Below, in pieces: positions 47,319 through 57,777 of a stretch of DNA of 64,000 nucleotides. The stretch is from an uncultured Verrucomicrobiae bacterium (GTDB taxonomy: Bacteria; Chlamydiota; Chlamydiia; Chlamydiales; Rhabdochlamydiaceae). The notes below the pieces were generated by a model. It searched no databases. It saw only the letters and a list, made by a program, of their open reading frames with translations, and was not told the DNA's origin. Within the stretch, counting starts at the first letter, position 1, and every line of letters starts with the position of its first letter. The position numbers and the translations under genes were made by a program. The stretch lies in contig OY970364.1 in assembly GCA_963718565.1 (NCBI GenBank), positions 1,792,001 to 1,856,000 on the forward strand, in the 5' to 3' direction.

Positions 47319-49223
47319 AAATTGTCTCAGTGTTAATTTGTAAGATTTTTCCCAACAACGCAAGTTTCCATTTATTTTAATGCTTTTTACTAATTTTTTC
47401 TGTGTGTATTCGGTATTGGATGTGATAAAAGAGAAGAAATCAGATGTGTTTTCGACGAGTGGGGAAATCAAAAACTTTGATTTTGCCATAGTAGATATAA
47501 GTCTATAAGTGATTTCTTTGCCATCAACAAGTTGAAAAGTGATATGTAACTCTGAAGGTTTAAATAAAATAGAAGCTATCTTCCCAATAATTTTTTGTTT
47601 TAATTCTACTTCAGCATATAAATGATTTTCAAGAGCTGGTATAACCACATAATCATTAATGCTGTGTTCGCTGCAGTATACTTTTGTTTCTACATAATCT
47701 TTCTGAATTGATTTTTTTGTTTTTAAGTAAATGAGATCGTTCTCAAATTTTTCTGCATGATAATTGCTGAATAGTGTCGGCCAACTTAAGCCGTCTTCGA
47801 GGCTTGGCAAGCGTCCATCAATGGGTTCAATGCGGAATAAAATATTTTCGGGCGCATTTTTGCTCCGTAGATGCGCTTCATTCAATTGAGCAAGTTCAGG
47901 TGTATATGCGGAATAGCTTTGAAAGATAGGGCGTAAAGAAAATGTGTTTTTCGAAGAAAGCAAGTGCGATTGTTGATAAGAATAAATATCCGAAGAACCC
48001 GTTAGTTTCGGGAGGGGAAGTTCCTTTTGCATGTGATTTAAACGTTTGATAAACTTTTTTTCGAGTTTGTTTCTTGAAGACAGCCTGATTTGCAAACCTT
48101 TTCCGACATTGGAATATGCATGGAATACATTATTAAAAACATAACTCGATGAAGTTCTAAAGTGATTTTGGTCGATATATGTCCATGTTGTGATAGATAA
48201 AAGTATTATAGCAATGGAGTATTTTTCATTTAAATGAATTGTCATTAATAATAAAGCAACAATGACGATAAAAGGAGCAGGAATAGCAGCAGCATGACCA
48301 TCATGCCGAATGAACCCTGCTTTGAATGCAACGAATAAAAAAAATGCAAAAGATAAAATTAAAACAAATTTGTGAGTAAAACTATCGAATTTATTTAAGG
48401 CAAGAACAGATAGAATAATAAATGAAGTTAAAATGTACAAAACAATTTCGTGATTGTTTCCAGAGATGGCCATTGCTTCCGTATATCCGGAGATGATGTG
48501 GCGTAAATGGATGAAATATTGAGGCAATGCAGATAGAGGTTGCCCAGAAAGTGTCCAGAATACAATTCCTCCTATGATAGGAGATAGGAAAGCGGCATAG
48601 GCGAGTGTCTTATGTTTGTGAGACCAGAATAAAATGAAAGATAAGATTGTTGTTAAAGCGCATAGGGGAAGAAGAGACCCCTTGATGAGGAGTAGCAGAC
48701 CAAGCGCGGAAAAGTAAAAGGGAAATAAAATAGGTGCATACTTTGGAAAAGTGGGTTGTTGATGATTTAGAGCCGAGGAGAATCGATAAACAACAAGGGT
48801 TAGGATCAAGGGATAAGAGAAGAGAATAGAGTCTTGTGTATATAAAAAGCCTGCGATAAACACAGAATAAGCTAACACCCACAGAAACCGTGTTCTAGCC
48901 AGAAAAAATAGAGTGGATGCATAACAAATGGCTAGGAATAAACTCCCAAAAAGCATCAATGAATCGGTTTGTGGATGATATGTTTTGGTGTAAATGGATG
49001 CATAAGGGCCAAAAGTAAATATGATATCTTTGCCAAATACCCATCCTTGAGCAATAGCCTCATTGACTGTGAACACCCAAGAGGGATCGAGCCCAGAGGA
49101 TGGCAATGCGGGATTGAGAGGAACAATCACTGCTATCGAAGTTAATAATAGCAATATTCCAATTAAGGATGTTTTAGCAAAGCAGAATAATTTTGAATCA
49201 TTAGACATGCCATTGACATTCAT
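47301..49223 (-). CDS. Polytopic membrane protein, putative GT-C (polyprenyl-sugar-dependent) transferase
   Basis: GLDPSW...FG.DIIFTFGP, F.RHD.H, RP.FQSYSAYT motifs; cotranscribed with dprE1/dprE2-like genes. Confidence 0.55.
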   Translation of the reverse strand: MNVNGMSNDSKLFCFAKTSLIGILLLLTSIAVIVPLNPALPSSGLDPSWVFTVNEAIAQGWVFGKDIIFTFGPYASIYTKTYHPQTDSLMLFGSLFLAICYASTLFFLARTRFLWVLAYSVFIAGFLYTQDSILFSYPLILTLVVYRFSSALNHQQPTFPKYAPILFPFYFSALGLLLLIKGSLLPLCALTTILSFILFWSHKHKTLAYAAFLSPIIGGIVFWTLSGQPLSALPQYFIHLRHIISGYTEAMAISGNNHEIVLYILTSFIILSVLALNKFDSFTHKFVLILSFAFFLFVAFKAGFIRHDGHAAAIPAPFIVIVALLLMTIHLNEKYSIAIILLSITTWTYIDQNHFRTSSSYVFNNVFHAYSNVGKGLQIRLSSRNKLEKKFIKRLNHMQKELPLPKLTGSSDIYSYQQSHLLSSKNTFSLRPIFQSYSAYTPELAQLNEAHLRSKNAPENILFRIEPIDGRLPSLEDGLSWPTLFSNYHAEKFENDLIYLKTKKSIQKDYVETKVYCSEHSINDYVVIPALENHLYAEVELKQKIIGKIASILFKPSELHITFQLVDGKEITYRLISTMAKSKFLISPLVENTSDFFSFITSNTEYTQKKLVKSIKINGNLRCWEKSYKLTLRQFSTTHS

Positions 49224-49978
49224 GTTTTTAGTTTTTTAAAAATAGCGTTTGGAATGTTTTTAATGATCCACATAATTTCCATCCAAAAATGGGGAGTGTA
49301 GAGGGTATTTTTTTTTCTGTGGATGGCGTGCACGATATCTTTAGCAACCTTCTCAGGAGTTGCCACTAGAAATGGCGGAAACGATAGCCCCTGTGTCATC
49401 GGAGTGTCTACGAGGCCTGGCTTGATCGTGAGAACATGGACACCTGCTTTAAACAGCCTCGCCCTTAATCCTTCACAAAAAGCAGTCACAGCTGCTTTGG
49501 CGGTCCCATATAGATAATTGGATGGCCGGCCGCGCTCTCCGGCAACTGAAGAAATGACTGCAATCGTTCCTGATGGGATTTTTTCCATGCGGTTTGCCAA
49601 TAATGTAAGCAGAGAAATGACGCTCAGCCCATTGTTGGAAAATTCTTTCAGCGCGATTTCAGCATCCCGTTCACAAGCCTGTTGATCAGGCAATGACCCG
49701 TGTGCGACTAGAGCAATGTCTATTTGTCCAAGAGAATGATAGCAGGCGTCGAGCATCGCATTGTGATTGGAAAATTGATTGACGTCAAGAATATGTGTGG
49801 TGATGTCGCTAGCACCTCGTGCAAGTAGGTCTTGGGAAACATGGTGCAGTTTTTCAGAATTCCTTCCGACGAGGAAAAATTGAGCTTTTTCTTTGGCCCA
49901 TTTGCGAGCACAAGCAGATGCGATTGCGGAAGTTGCTCCGACAATCAATATTTTTTGTGAAGACGTTGTTTTTTTCAT
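49220..49978 (-). CDS. DprE2-like short-chain reductase
   Basis: GATSAIA, SSVAGERGR.SNY.YG.AK, KPG.VDTPMT motifs; adjacent to a DprE1-like gene. Confidence 0.8.
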   Translation of the reverse strand: MKKTTSSQKILIVGATSAIASACARKWAKEKAQFFLVGRNSEKLHHVSQDLLARGASDITTHILDVNQFSNHNAMLDACYHSLGQIDIALVAHGSLPDQQACERDAEIALKEFSNNGLSVISLLTLLANRMEKIPSGTIAVISSVAGERGRPSNYLYGTAKAAVTAFCEGLRARLFKAGVHVLTIKPGLVDTPMTQGLSFPPFLVATPEKVAKDIVHAIHRKKNTLYTPHFWMEIMWIIKNIPNAIFKKLKT

Positions 49979-49995
49979 AACCTGAATTTTGGTTT

Positions 49996-51312
49996 CTATA
50001 GGATGACTCTTTTCCAAAAACGTGAACATAATGCGGGGTCGCGCAGGGCTTCGACTTGTTCCCAAGCGGGATAAAAATGACGAAAATCTTCCGCAGTCAT
50101 ATGGGCGTCTTTTGCGGGATATAGCCTTCCCCCGGCTTGCCGCACAATGGCGTCCAAGCGAGGAAACAATGTATTCAGTTTTTCTTTTTGCGGGAAATCC
50201 AAAGCTAAAGAAGTGCCTGGAAAGGGAAATGAGAGCAGGCCTGGAGAGGCAACATTGCCGCAACGTTTCAAGATTGCCAGGAATGATCCGCTTTCGGCAG
50301 CTACGACTAGATCTAACAGTTCCCGGATCGCAGATCGTGCGGAACGATCAGGAATGACACATTGATATTGCTGAAAACCACGCAGCCCGTAAATCCGATT
50401 CCAATGCAAAATGCGGTCCAAAGGATAAAAAAATGGCTCATAGCTGATCGCACTTCTGTTTCTTCCGGCCTTGTGCGCGCGGTAATAGATCGCATTGAAC
50501 ATGCGCAATGTCCAGGGATTAATCGCTGAGATAGGTGGAGTAAAGGGAACACGACTTTTCCGAGTATTATCTAGAGATAGACGGCCGCTTTTCGAATGAT
50601 CGCCTACAATGTATACCCCGCGTCCTGTAGAACATCCTTGAGCAACGCAATCGATCCAGGCTACTGTGTACTCGTGCTTCTCATCCAATTCAGCGGACAA
50701 TGCGAAAAACTCATTTAAAGAATCAAAACGAATATGCATGGCATCGATCACGCTGGATTGAATAGGCATGAGTTTTAGTTCGAGCCACTCGATAATTCCT
50801 GTGAGCCCTAGCCCGCCAATTGTTGCTGCAAAAAGATCTGCATTTTCTTCTTTAGAACAGATTGCTGAAGCACGGTCTGAGCGCACCAAGCTAAACCTGG
50901 CGACGTGCTGGCCGAAAGTCCCGCGTTTATGATGATTTTTTCCGTGGATATCATTTGCCAACGCCCCGCCCAAAGTCACGAATTTAGTCCCAGGAGTGAC
51001 AGGAAGGAACCATCCTCGAGGAATTGCCGCTACGAGCAACTCTTCTAAAGTCATCCCCGCTTCGGCAATCACGATCCCATTTTTCCAATCAGCGCTCATA
51101 AAACGATCCAATGACCTTAGATGCACGACTTGGTCGCTAGCTGCCAGGCAGCTATCGCCGTAGCTGCGGCCATTTCCAAAAGGCAGCACTCCAGAATGAT
51201 CTGCCTTAAGCTGAGCCAGCAGGTTTGATAAATCCGATCGCCAATAACAGGGGTGAGGAGTTTGAGGAAAGGAAGGAAAGAGTCCCCACGACATCAATTT
51301 TCTGCGTTTCAT
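49996..51312 (-). CDS. DprE1-like FAD-binding oxidoreductase
   Basis: G.GRSYGD, PVTPGTKFVTLGG..ANDIHGKNHH, FFYPLD, GF.QYQ, GGRLY.AKD motifs. Confidence 0.85.
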   Translation of the reverse strand: MKRRKLMSWGLFPSFPQTPHPCYWRSDLSNLLAQLKADHSGVLPFGNGRSYGDSCLAASDQVVHLRSLDRFMSADWKNGIVIAEAGMTLEELLVAAIPRGWFLPVTPGTKFVTLGGALANDIHGKNHHKRGTFGQHVARFSLVRSDRASAICSKEENADLFAATIGGLGLTGIIEWLELKLMPIQSSVIDAMHIRFDSLNEFFALSAELDEKHEYTVAWIDCVAQGCSTGRGVYIVGDHSKSGRLSLDNTRKSRVPFTPPISAINPWTLRMFNAIYYRAHKAGRNRSAISYEPFFYPLDRILHWNRIYGLRGFQQYQCVIPDRSARSAIRELLDLVVAAESGSFLAILKRCGNVASPGLLSFPFPGTSLALDFPQKEKLNTLFPRLDAIVRQAGGRLYPAKDAHMTAEDFRHFYPAWEQVEALRDPALCSRFWKRVIL

Positions 51313-52766
51313 AGTGCAAGCCAAAATATCACACCAAATAGGATTGCAACAATCACACTGATGCGATCTTTCATTGCAAAAACGATCGGATCATCGTGCA
51401 TTTGCCCGCGATGAGTGAGGAGCCAAGTTCGGCTAATCCAATACAGAAGCAAAGGACATGCAAGCCAGATCAGCTTGGGATGCTTGTAAAGGCTAACGAT
51501 CGACTGATCTTGGATATAAAGCGCCAAGACCATCACGGAAAGGTATCCTGAAGCAGCGCCAAGCGATGAAATCATGTGAAGATCATCTGGGCAATAACCG
51601 CGTCCTCGTGTCTTTTCCATCTTTGCTTTATTGTCAGCCTCTCTTAATAACTCTGCATAGCGTTTCACTAAAGCTAAACTTAAGAAAATGAACATGGAAA
51701 AGGCCAGCATCCAGAATGTTAATGTCAATCCGCAAACAAAAACGCCAGCGACAATGCGAAGAGTATAAAGCATCGCAAGAGCGATCACATCCGTGACCAT
51801 TCTTCGCTTAAAAAGAAAAGAATACATTAAGGTTAAAGCAAAATAAACTCCCAATGCCACGGAAAATTTCCAAGGTAAAAAATATAATGCATTCGCAAAT
51901 GCTAAAAAAAGCAAACCGGGAAAGGCTAAAAGCCCAGATTTAATGGATAATTGTCCCGAAGCGAAAGGACGATACTGTTTCGTGCGATGATAACGATCAT
52001 CTGCAAGATCCAGCAAGTCATTAAGCACATAGACACTAGAAGCGCAAAGGCCAAATAATAGAAAGGCAAAAAGGCACTTTAAAATCAAATGGGGATTAAC
52101 GACTTGATGGCTAGCTAAAAGAGGTACAAAAATGAGCAGGTTCTTCAACCATTGATGCAGTCGCAGGGCTTTGGACCAAACTTGCAAAGAAACGGAGTGG
52201 GTATTGATGACACGCTCGACATTGCCATGGATTTGCGCACGAGATTGAACACCTCGTTCGGGATTAACGAGGTATGCCAGACGTGCGGTCGCTAAGACGG
52301 GGATATCCTCCTGAGAGTTCCCTGCATAGTCAAATCCCTCTTTACCAAATTTTTTAACGAGCAAATCTCTCTTTGTAAAAGCAGAGAGATTGATTTTTCC
52401 TTCCGTTGCAAAAACGTGATCAAATAGGTTGAGATAGGAAGCGATTTGCTCTGCATAAATTTTATGACTTGCAGTTGCTAAAATGATTTGGCGCCCTTTT
52501 AATTTTTCTTCTTCGATTAACTTGATGACCTGTGAATTGTAGGGAAGATTGGCAACATCGATGGGAATAGTTGTTGCAAGTTGTTCTTTTAAATGTGCTT
52601 TTCCCAGAGTTAACCATTTAAATGGCAAGAAAATTCTCAATGGCTGCGATCTAAAAAAAATAAGACCAGATTCTAATAATAAATCTGAATAAATTAGTGT
52701 GCCGTCTAGATCGATAACAAGAGGAGGGATACTCACAGATTCCTTAATCAAATCACAAAAAATCAA
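51309..52766 (-). CDS. HAD + UbiA-family polyprenyl-phosphate phosphoribosyltransferase
   Basis: N-terminal DLDGTL HAD domain; R..QW.KN, NDLLD...DR.H..K..RPFASG, KR..E, HDDP motifs. Confidence 0.85.
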   Translation of the reverse strand: MIFCDLIKESVSIPPLVIDLDGTLIYSDLLLESGLIFFRSQPLRIFLPFKWLTLGKAHLKEQLATTIPIDVANLPYNSQVIKLIEEEKLKGRQIILATASHKIYAEQIASYLNLFDHVFATEGKINLSAFTKRDLLVKKFGKEGFDYAGNSQEDIPVLATARLAYLVNPERGVQSRAQIHGNVERVINTHSVSLQVWSKALRLHQWLKNLLIFVPLLASHQVVNPHLILKCLFAFLLFGLCASSVYVLNDLLDLADDRYHRTKQYRPFASGQLSIKSGLLAFPGLLFLAFANALYFLPWKFSVALGVYFALTLMYSFLFKRRMVTDVIALAMLYTLRIVAGVFVCGLTLTFWMLAFSMFIFLSLALVKRYAELLREADNKAKMEKTRGRGYCPDDLHMISSLGAASGYLSVMVLALYIQDQSIVSLYKHPKLIWLACPLLLYWISRTWLLTHRGQMHDDPIVFAMKDRISVIVAILFGVIFWLAL

Positions 52767-55336
52767 CCGATATGCTTGCTGAGCAACCCTGAGAGCTTCA
52801 TCATATCAATGGGTTTTTTGCCGCCTAATATTTTGGCAAGTTTAGCATCAGGGACAATTTGACGTTTATTTTTAGGATCTTGCAGCTTGTGTTCTTTGAT
52901 ATAATCCCAAACTCTTTTGACCACTTCGGGACGAGAGAGCTCTTTCGCTCCGACAATTTCTTCTAGTTCTTTAGAAAGTTTTAGGGCTGCTTGCTTGCGA
53001 GGAGTAGTCTTCTTTTTTTCTTTCACAGCTGTTTTTTTGTCTTCTTTCTTTTCTTTATTAGTGCCGAATTTCCCTTTTTTTTCTTTTTTGACATAGGCAG
53101 TCTTAGGATGGTCTGGATATTTTTCGTTAAGATCATCGAGATTGTTGACGATGACGTCGCAATCGGGAAAATTGGAACAGGAAAAGAAAGGTTTCCCAAA
53201 GCGGGAGCGGCGTTGGACCATCTTACCGTCGCACCCTAAGGCTGGACAGGTGGGCATATCTTTAGCAGGAGTTTCATCTTTTCGAGGGATATTCACGATG
53301 CCCTTGCAATCGGGGTAGCGGCTACAGCCGAGGAATGGGCCAAAGCGCCCAAAGCGCAATTTCATAGGGCTGTCGCATTTCGAGCAATGTTGATCCCAGT
53401 TAAAGGTGGGATCATAATCTTCTTTATTGAATTCAAGTGCCTCCAGTGGAGCTGTAAACTTGCAATTCGGGTAATCCGAGCATCCATAGAAGTATTTTTT
53501 GCGCGACCAGATTTTTTGTAAATTGTGCCCGCATTCTGGACATTTGATCTCTGTTTCAACGCGGGGGACAAAGGCTTCTTTTTCGGCCGATTTCACGAAA
53601 GGAATAAATTTGTCCCAGAAGTCACGGATCAACGTTTTCCAATCTTGTTGGTTCTCTGCGATGTGTTCGAGTTCATCTTCCATAGCAGCAGTAAAACCCA
53701 CATCCATGATCATGCCGAAGTTATCCTCGAGCATTTTGGCGATCACTCTCCCAAGCTCTGTTGGCTTTAAAGTGCCTTTTTCCTTGGTCGTGTAATCACG
53801 GCTTTGGATTTTGTTCATGATCGTCGCATAAGTGGAAGGACGTCCAATTCCTGATTTCTCAAGTTCTTTGACAAGCGATGCTTCTGTGAAGCGCGGGGGA
53901 GGACGAGTAAAAGCTTGTTGAGATTGGACTTCGAAAAGAAGAAGAGGCTGTCCCTCTTGTAAAGGAGGAAGGGTTTTCTCTTGGTCCTCTTTTTCTTTTT
54001 CCTCGCTATTGCCTTTATCCTGTTTTTCCTCGTAGGCAGCCAGGAATCCTGGAAACTTGATCGTCGATCCCGTGGCCCGGAGCATGATCTCTTTATCAGT
54101 TTCAATATCGCAGGAAACCGTATCATAAATGGCAGGGTTCATTTGTGAAGCAAGGAATCGACGCCAAATGAGAATATAAAGCTTGTACTGATCCATTGTC
54201 AGATAGGATTTGATTTTGTCTGGAACGTGCTGAAGATTGGTCGGACGAATGGCTTCGTGAGCGTCTTGAGCGCTTCTTTTAGTCGCATAATGTTTTGGCT
54301 CACTCGGGAGATATTCTTTACCGTGTGTTTTTTCAATGTATTTACGAGCGGCATCAATGGCTTCTGGAGCTACACGCACAGAGTCCGTTCGCATATAGGT
54401 GATCAACCCTTCAGCTCCCTCACTGTCAAGATCAACGCCTTCGTAGAGTCCTTGAGCAATATTCATAGTGCGAGATGCAGAAAAGCCATAGTGCCTACTT
54501 GCTTCTTGTTGAAGAGTGGAAGTAATGAAAGGGGCGACAGGATTTCTTTTTTTCTCTCTTTTTTCAACGGATTGGACTTTGTATGTGGTATTTTGCAGCT
54601 TTTCGACGATCCCATGTGCAGTTTTTTCATCGGGAATGGTGAAGTTTTCCTTGCCAGGTATCGGTTCTTTTTCGACCCGCTTCCCATCTACAGAATAAAG
54701 AATCGCATGAAAGGGAGCTTCATTTTTCTTTGTCTGCACAATGGAGGCGATATTCCAATATTCAATGGGAACAAAAGCCTCGATCTCCTTTTCTCTGTCA
54801 ACGACGAGTTTGAGGGCAACAGATTGAACCCGGCCGGCAGAGAGCCCTCCATCTCGGGCTCCCTGTACTCTTCGTGTCAGAATCGGAGAGATTTTGTAGC
54901 CTACGATGCGGTCGAGAAGGCGTCTTGCTTGTTGAGCATCGACGAGAGATTGATCGATATTTCTGGGCTCTTTTAGCGCTTCTAGGACTGCTTCTTTTGT
55001 GATCGCATTGAAAGTAACGCGCTTATATTTTGTCCCTTTGGGCAGAATAGATGCGATGTGCCATGCGATGGCCTCCCCTTCTCGATCCGGGTCAGGAGAG
55101 AGGTAAACGATATCCACTTCTTTGGCCGCTTTTTTTAAACGCTCGATCACTTCTTTTTTATCGGGAAGAATGGTATAAGCAGGCTCGAAATCGTGCTCGA
55201 CGTCGATCCCAAACCCTTTTTGAGGGAGGTCGCGGACATGTCCGAGCGATGACTCAAAGAGGTAATTTGATCCCAGAAATTTTTTTAAAGTTTTGATTTT
55301 CGCTGGAGACTCGACGATGATGAGGGCTTTACCCAT
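52763..55336 (-). CDS. topA: DNA topoisomerase I with C-terminal SWIB domain
   Basis: IVESPAK, DPDREGE, SAGRVQS, ITYMRTD motifs, zinc ribbons, and SWIB motif SRPEVVKRVWDYIK.H.LQD. Confidence 0.96.
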   Translation of the reverse strand: MGKALIIVESPAKIKTLKKFLGSNYLFESSLGHVRDLPQKGFGIDVEHDFEPAYTILPDKKEVIERLKKAAKEVDIVYLSPDPDREGEAIAWHIASILPKGTKYKRVTFNAITKEAVLEALKEPRNIDQSLVDAQQARRLLDRIVGYKISPILTRRVQGARDGGLSAGRVQSVALKLVVDREKEIEAFVPIEYWNIASIVQTKKNEAPFHAILYSVDGKRVEKEPIPGKENFTIPDEKTAHGIVEKLQNTTYKVQSVEKREKKRNPVAPFITSTLQQEASRHYGFSASRTMNIAQGLYEGVDLDSEGAEGLITYMRTDSVRVAPEAIDAARKYIEKTHGKEYLPSEPKHYATKRSAQDAHEAIRPTNLQHVPDKIKSYLTMDQYKLYILIWRRFLASQMNPAIYDTVSCDIETDKEIMLRATGSTIKFPGFLAAYEEKQDKGNSEEKEKEDQEKTLPPLQEGQPLLLFEVQSQQAFTRPPPRFTEASLVKELEKSGIGRPSTYATIMNKIQSRDYTTKEKGTLKPTELGRVIAKMLEDNFGMIMDVGFTAAMEDELEHIAENQQDWKTLIRDFWDKFIPFVKSAEKEAFVPRVETEIKCPECGHNLQKIWSRKKYFYGCSDYPNCKFTAPLEALEFNKEDYDPTFNWDQHCSKCDSPMKLRFGRFGPFLGCSRYPDCKGIVNIPRKDETPAKDMPTCPALGCDGKMVQRRSRFGKPFFSCSNFPDCDVIVNNLDDLNEKYPDHPKTAYVKKEKKGKFGTNKEKKEDKKTAVKEKKKTTPRKQAALKLSKELEEIVGAKELSRPEVVKRVWDYIKEHKLQDPKNKRQIVPDAKLAKILGGKKPIDMMKLSGLLSKHIG

Positions 55337-55476
55337 GGATTAAACCTTTCTTTCTTTCTCAGGAAGTACCTGAACGAAATGATAAAATACAAGTCACAAA
55401 AGTAGCAAACTGGTGAGATTAGTGCGAACAGTGTCGAAAAATCAAGCAAATTTTTATTTTTAAAGAATTTCTCTTG

Positions 55477-55632
55477 TACTGCGCCCAGTCTAATTTCCTG
55501 TGCCCTGGAAATTTGAAAATTTGAAAGGGCGTAATTAAAAGTGTTGAGGTTGGGTGCTTGAAGCTGGCCTCCATTTCATATGTCGGAAACACGGCACTGG
55601 CGTGTCCGCGTTTCCCGCTAGCCTTCTTGAGA
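55477..55632. repeat. Family C end plus a degenerate copy of the 178-bp unit
   Basis: TACTGCGCCCAGTCTAA; TTTCATATGTCGGAAACACGGCACTGGCGTGTCC resembles the unit segment TTTCACATGTCGGGGACAAAGCACTGCGTGTCC. Confidence 0.65.
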
Positions 55633-56357
55633 CAAAGCACTGATTTGACAGGGTATAGGAAATTAAGAAGAATTTTTTAAACTTAGTAAAGGTTTTTAAA
55701 GTGTCTCTTTTTCACATGTCGGGGACAAAGCACTGCGTGTCCTTTATCCCCTGCTGGCCCCCTTGGGACTCATCTCGCTTTGCCAAATCGCGTGCTCGTC
55801 GGGGGCCGTGCAAAGCACTGATTTGACAGGGTATAGGAAATTAAGAAGAATTTTTTAAACTTAGTAAAGGTTTTTAAAGTGTCTCTTTTTCACATGTCGG
55901 GGACAAAGCACTGCGTGTCCTTTATCCCCTGCTGGCCCCCTTGGGACTCATCTCGCTTTGCCAAATCGCGTGCTCGTCGGGGGCCGTGCAAAGCACTGAT
56001 TTGACAGGGTATAGGAAATTAAGAAGAATTTTTTAAACTTAGTAAAGGTTTTTAAAGTGTCTCTTTTTCACATGTCGGGGACAAAGCACTGCGTGTCCTT
56101 TATCCCCTGCTGGCCCCCTTGGGACTCATCTCGCTTTGCCAAATCGCGTGCTCGTCGGGGGCCGTGCAAAGCACTGATTTGACAGGGTATAGGAAATTAA
56201 GAAGAATTTTTTAAACTTAGTAAAGGTTTTTAAAGTGTCTCTTTTTCACATGTCGGGGACAAAGCACTGCGTGTCCTTTATCCCCTGCTGGCCCCCTTGG
56301 GACTCATCTCGCTTTGCCAAATCGCGTGCTCGTCGGGGGGCCGTGCAAAGCACTGAT
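55633..56357 (+). repeat. Tandem array of four ~178-bp units
   Basis: CAAAGCACTGAT recurs at 55633, 55811, 55989, 56167 and 56346; units appear identical except one extra G in the last. Confidence 0.95.
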
Positions 56358-56532
56358 CCCCCCATGCGCTGACCGCGCTCTCCTGCGCTGCGATTTTACT
56401 TTGCGATCTGAGTCCATCGGCTGCTCATGCGCTCACTTCCCGCCCTGGCTTCGCCCTTTCGGGCGGGTCCCTTTTCGCGTCGACTCGCAGAGCAATTCTG
56501 AATGCAAAACAACCCCGGTCTTCTCTTATCAA

Positions 56533-57711
56533 CTCACCTTACGCAAAATGGGCTCCAACCATATCGCAACCAGTTCTGAACCGCAGCCGTTCAAGTTCTA
56601 AAAATGCCATTCGATTTGCCTTTATCAGTAATTGATATTTCAGAGCAAAATGATTCAAAAAAGTTTGAGTTCGGAGAAATTCCAACTTGCAATAAGCGAT
56701 GATTGATGCAAAAATATGGTTCTTTTGAGAGCGCAGAACCTTAGTCGGCGATTTCTCAAGGCTAGTGTTCTGCTTGATCGATTTGTGATATTCTTCTATG
56801 CGCCACCGTTTTTGGTAGATTTCGTAGATTCGGTCAGCACTACTTTCTAAGTCATTTGTAACAAGGTATAGAGTGCCTGTAGAGCCGTCTTCGTTTTTGA
56901 AGATCTTTGTAATGAGTGCTACAGAAAAAGACATGTCTTTTAGCCAGACTATTCTTTTTTCTCCATCCTTGAGTGGTAATGCATTTAGATTTTGGTACTG
57001 ACCATTTTTTCTGTCCTCTTCAGAAAGAGCGACCAATCGATTAGCTTTGATCCCAATTACAAACTTCTTTTTCATATCATAATGAATAAACTCCATATTT
57101 TTTTTCGCTCCGAACCAATTATCAGACAATATATAGTCAAATTTAACCTTATTGGTTACAGCTTGGGCAATCATAGATCGAAACATTTGATTTTTACTGA
57201 CTGAAGACTGTCTTTTTACTTTTTTGCTGGCGACATCACAAAAAAGCACGTCTTTATAAATAGGCTCATAAGCAATGGGTAAGGCAATATCTCCGTAGCG
57301 AGCAAGACATGATAAAAGGTTGACCCCCTTCACACATCTTCCCTTGGCATGCGAGTAATGCCAACAAATAATCTCATTTTCGTCCGTGTAGGTCTTCTCT
57401 TCAATCGTGTCATCAAAAATAAGCACTCCTCCTACATCTTGTTCAATCTTGCGAATTTCCGGCTTGATGTATTCCCATAGCTCTTTGGATGAAAATTCAT
57501 TGCTGTTCAAAAATCTAGTAATTTTGTCATGACTAATCCGGCCTTCTAAGAGATCTGAGAGACCAACTGCTGTTGCATATTGATTCTGAGCAATCAAGTA
57601 ATCCGAATAGATATCGAGTAGTCTGTTCATTTTTTCTCCAAAAAATTGAACAAGACTACGAAAAAAAGACAGGCCTTATCAAGAAATTTTTACCGATTTG
57701 CGTAAGGTGAG
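56533..57711 (-). mobile_element. Insertion sequence, 1179 bp, IS701-like (copy 2)
   Basis: Same TIRs as copy 1; 7-bp direct repeat TTATCAA (56526-32 and 57712-18). Confidence 0.92.
56539..57630 (-). CDS. DDE transposase identical in protein sequence to 40338-41429
   Basis: Identical 363-aa translation in the ORF track. Confidence 0.9.
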   Translation of the reverse strand: MNRLLDIYSDYLIAQNQYATAVGLSDLLEGRISHDKITRFLNSNEFSSKELWEYIKPEIRKIEQDVGGVLIFDDTIEEKTYTDENEIICWHYSHAKGRCVKGVNLLSCLARYGDIALPIAYEPIYKDVLFCDVASKKVKRQSSVSKNQMFRSMIAQAVTNKVKFDYILSDNWFGAKKNMEFIHYDMKKKFVIGIKANRLVALSEEDRKNGQYQNLNALPLKDGEKRIVWLKDMSFSVALITKIFKNEDGSTGTLYLVTNDLESSADRIYEIYQKRWRIEEYHKSIKQNTSLEKSPTKVLRSQKNHIFASIIAYCKLEFLRTQTFLNHFALKYQLLIKANRMAFLELERLRFRTGCDMVGAHFA

Positions 57712-57777
57712 TTATCAACAGAATGGATGCTTTTTGGCATGGATCAAAATGGTCTTCAACTTTTGCCATGAGTTTTT

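Noticed and set aside
54227..54976. Long antisense ORFs (also 12422-13054, 4619-5191, 24086-24592)
   Set aside because: They lie opposite well-supported genes and show no recognisable motifs.
55645..55675. Sigma70-type promoter in each 178-bp unit
   Set aside because: TTGACA is present, but the sequence 17 bp downstream (AAGAAT) is a weak -10, so it is not called as a promoter.
55633..56357. Possible CRISPR array
   Set aside because: Units are 178 bp and essentially identical with no unique spacers, and there are no cas genes in the window.
40332..57711. Composite transposon bounded by the two IS copies
   Set aside because: Each copy has its own matching 7-bp duplication, showing independent insertions, and the interval contains topA.
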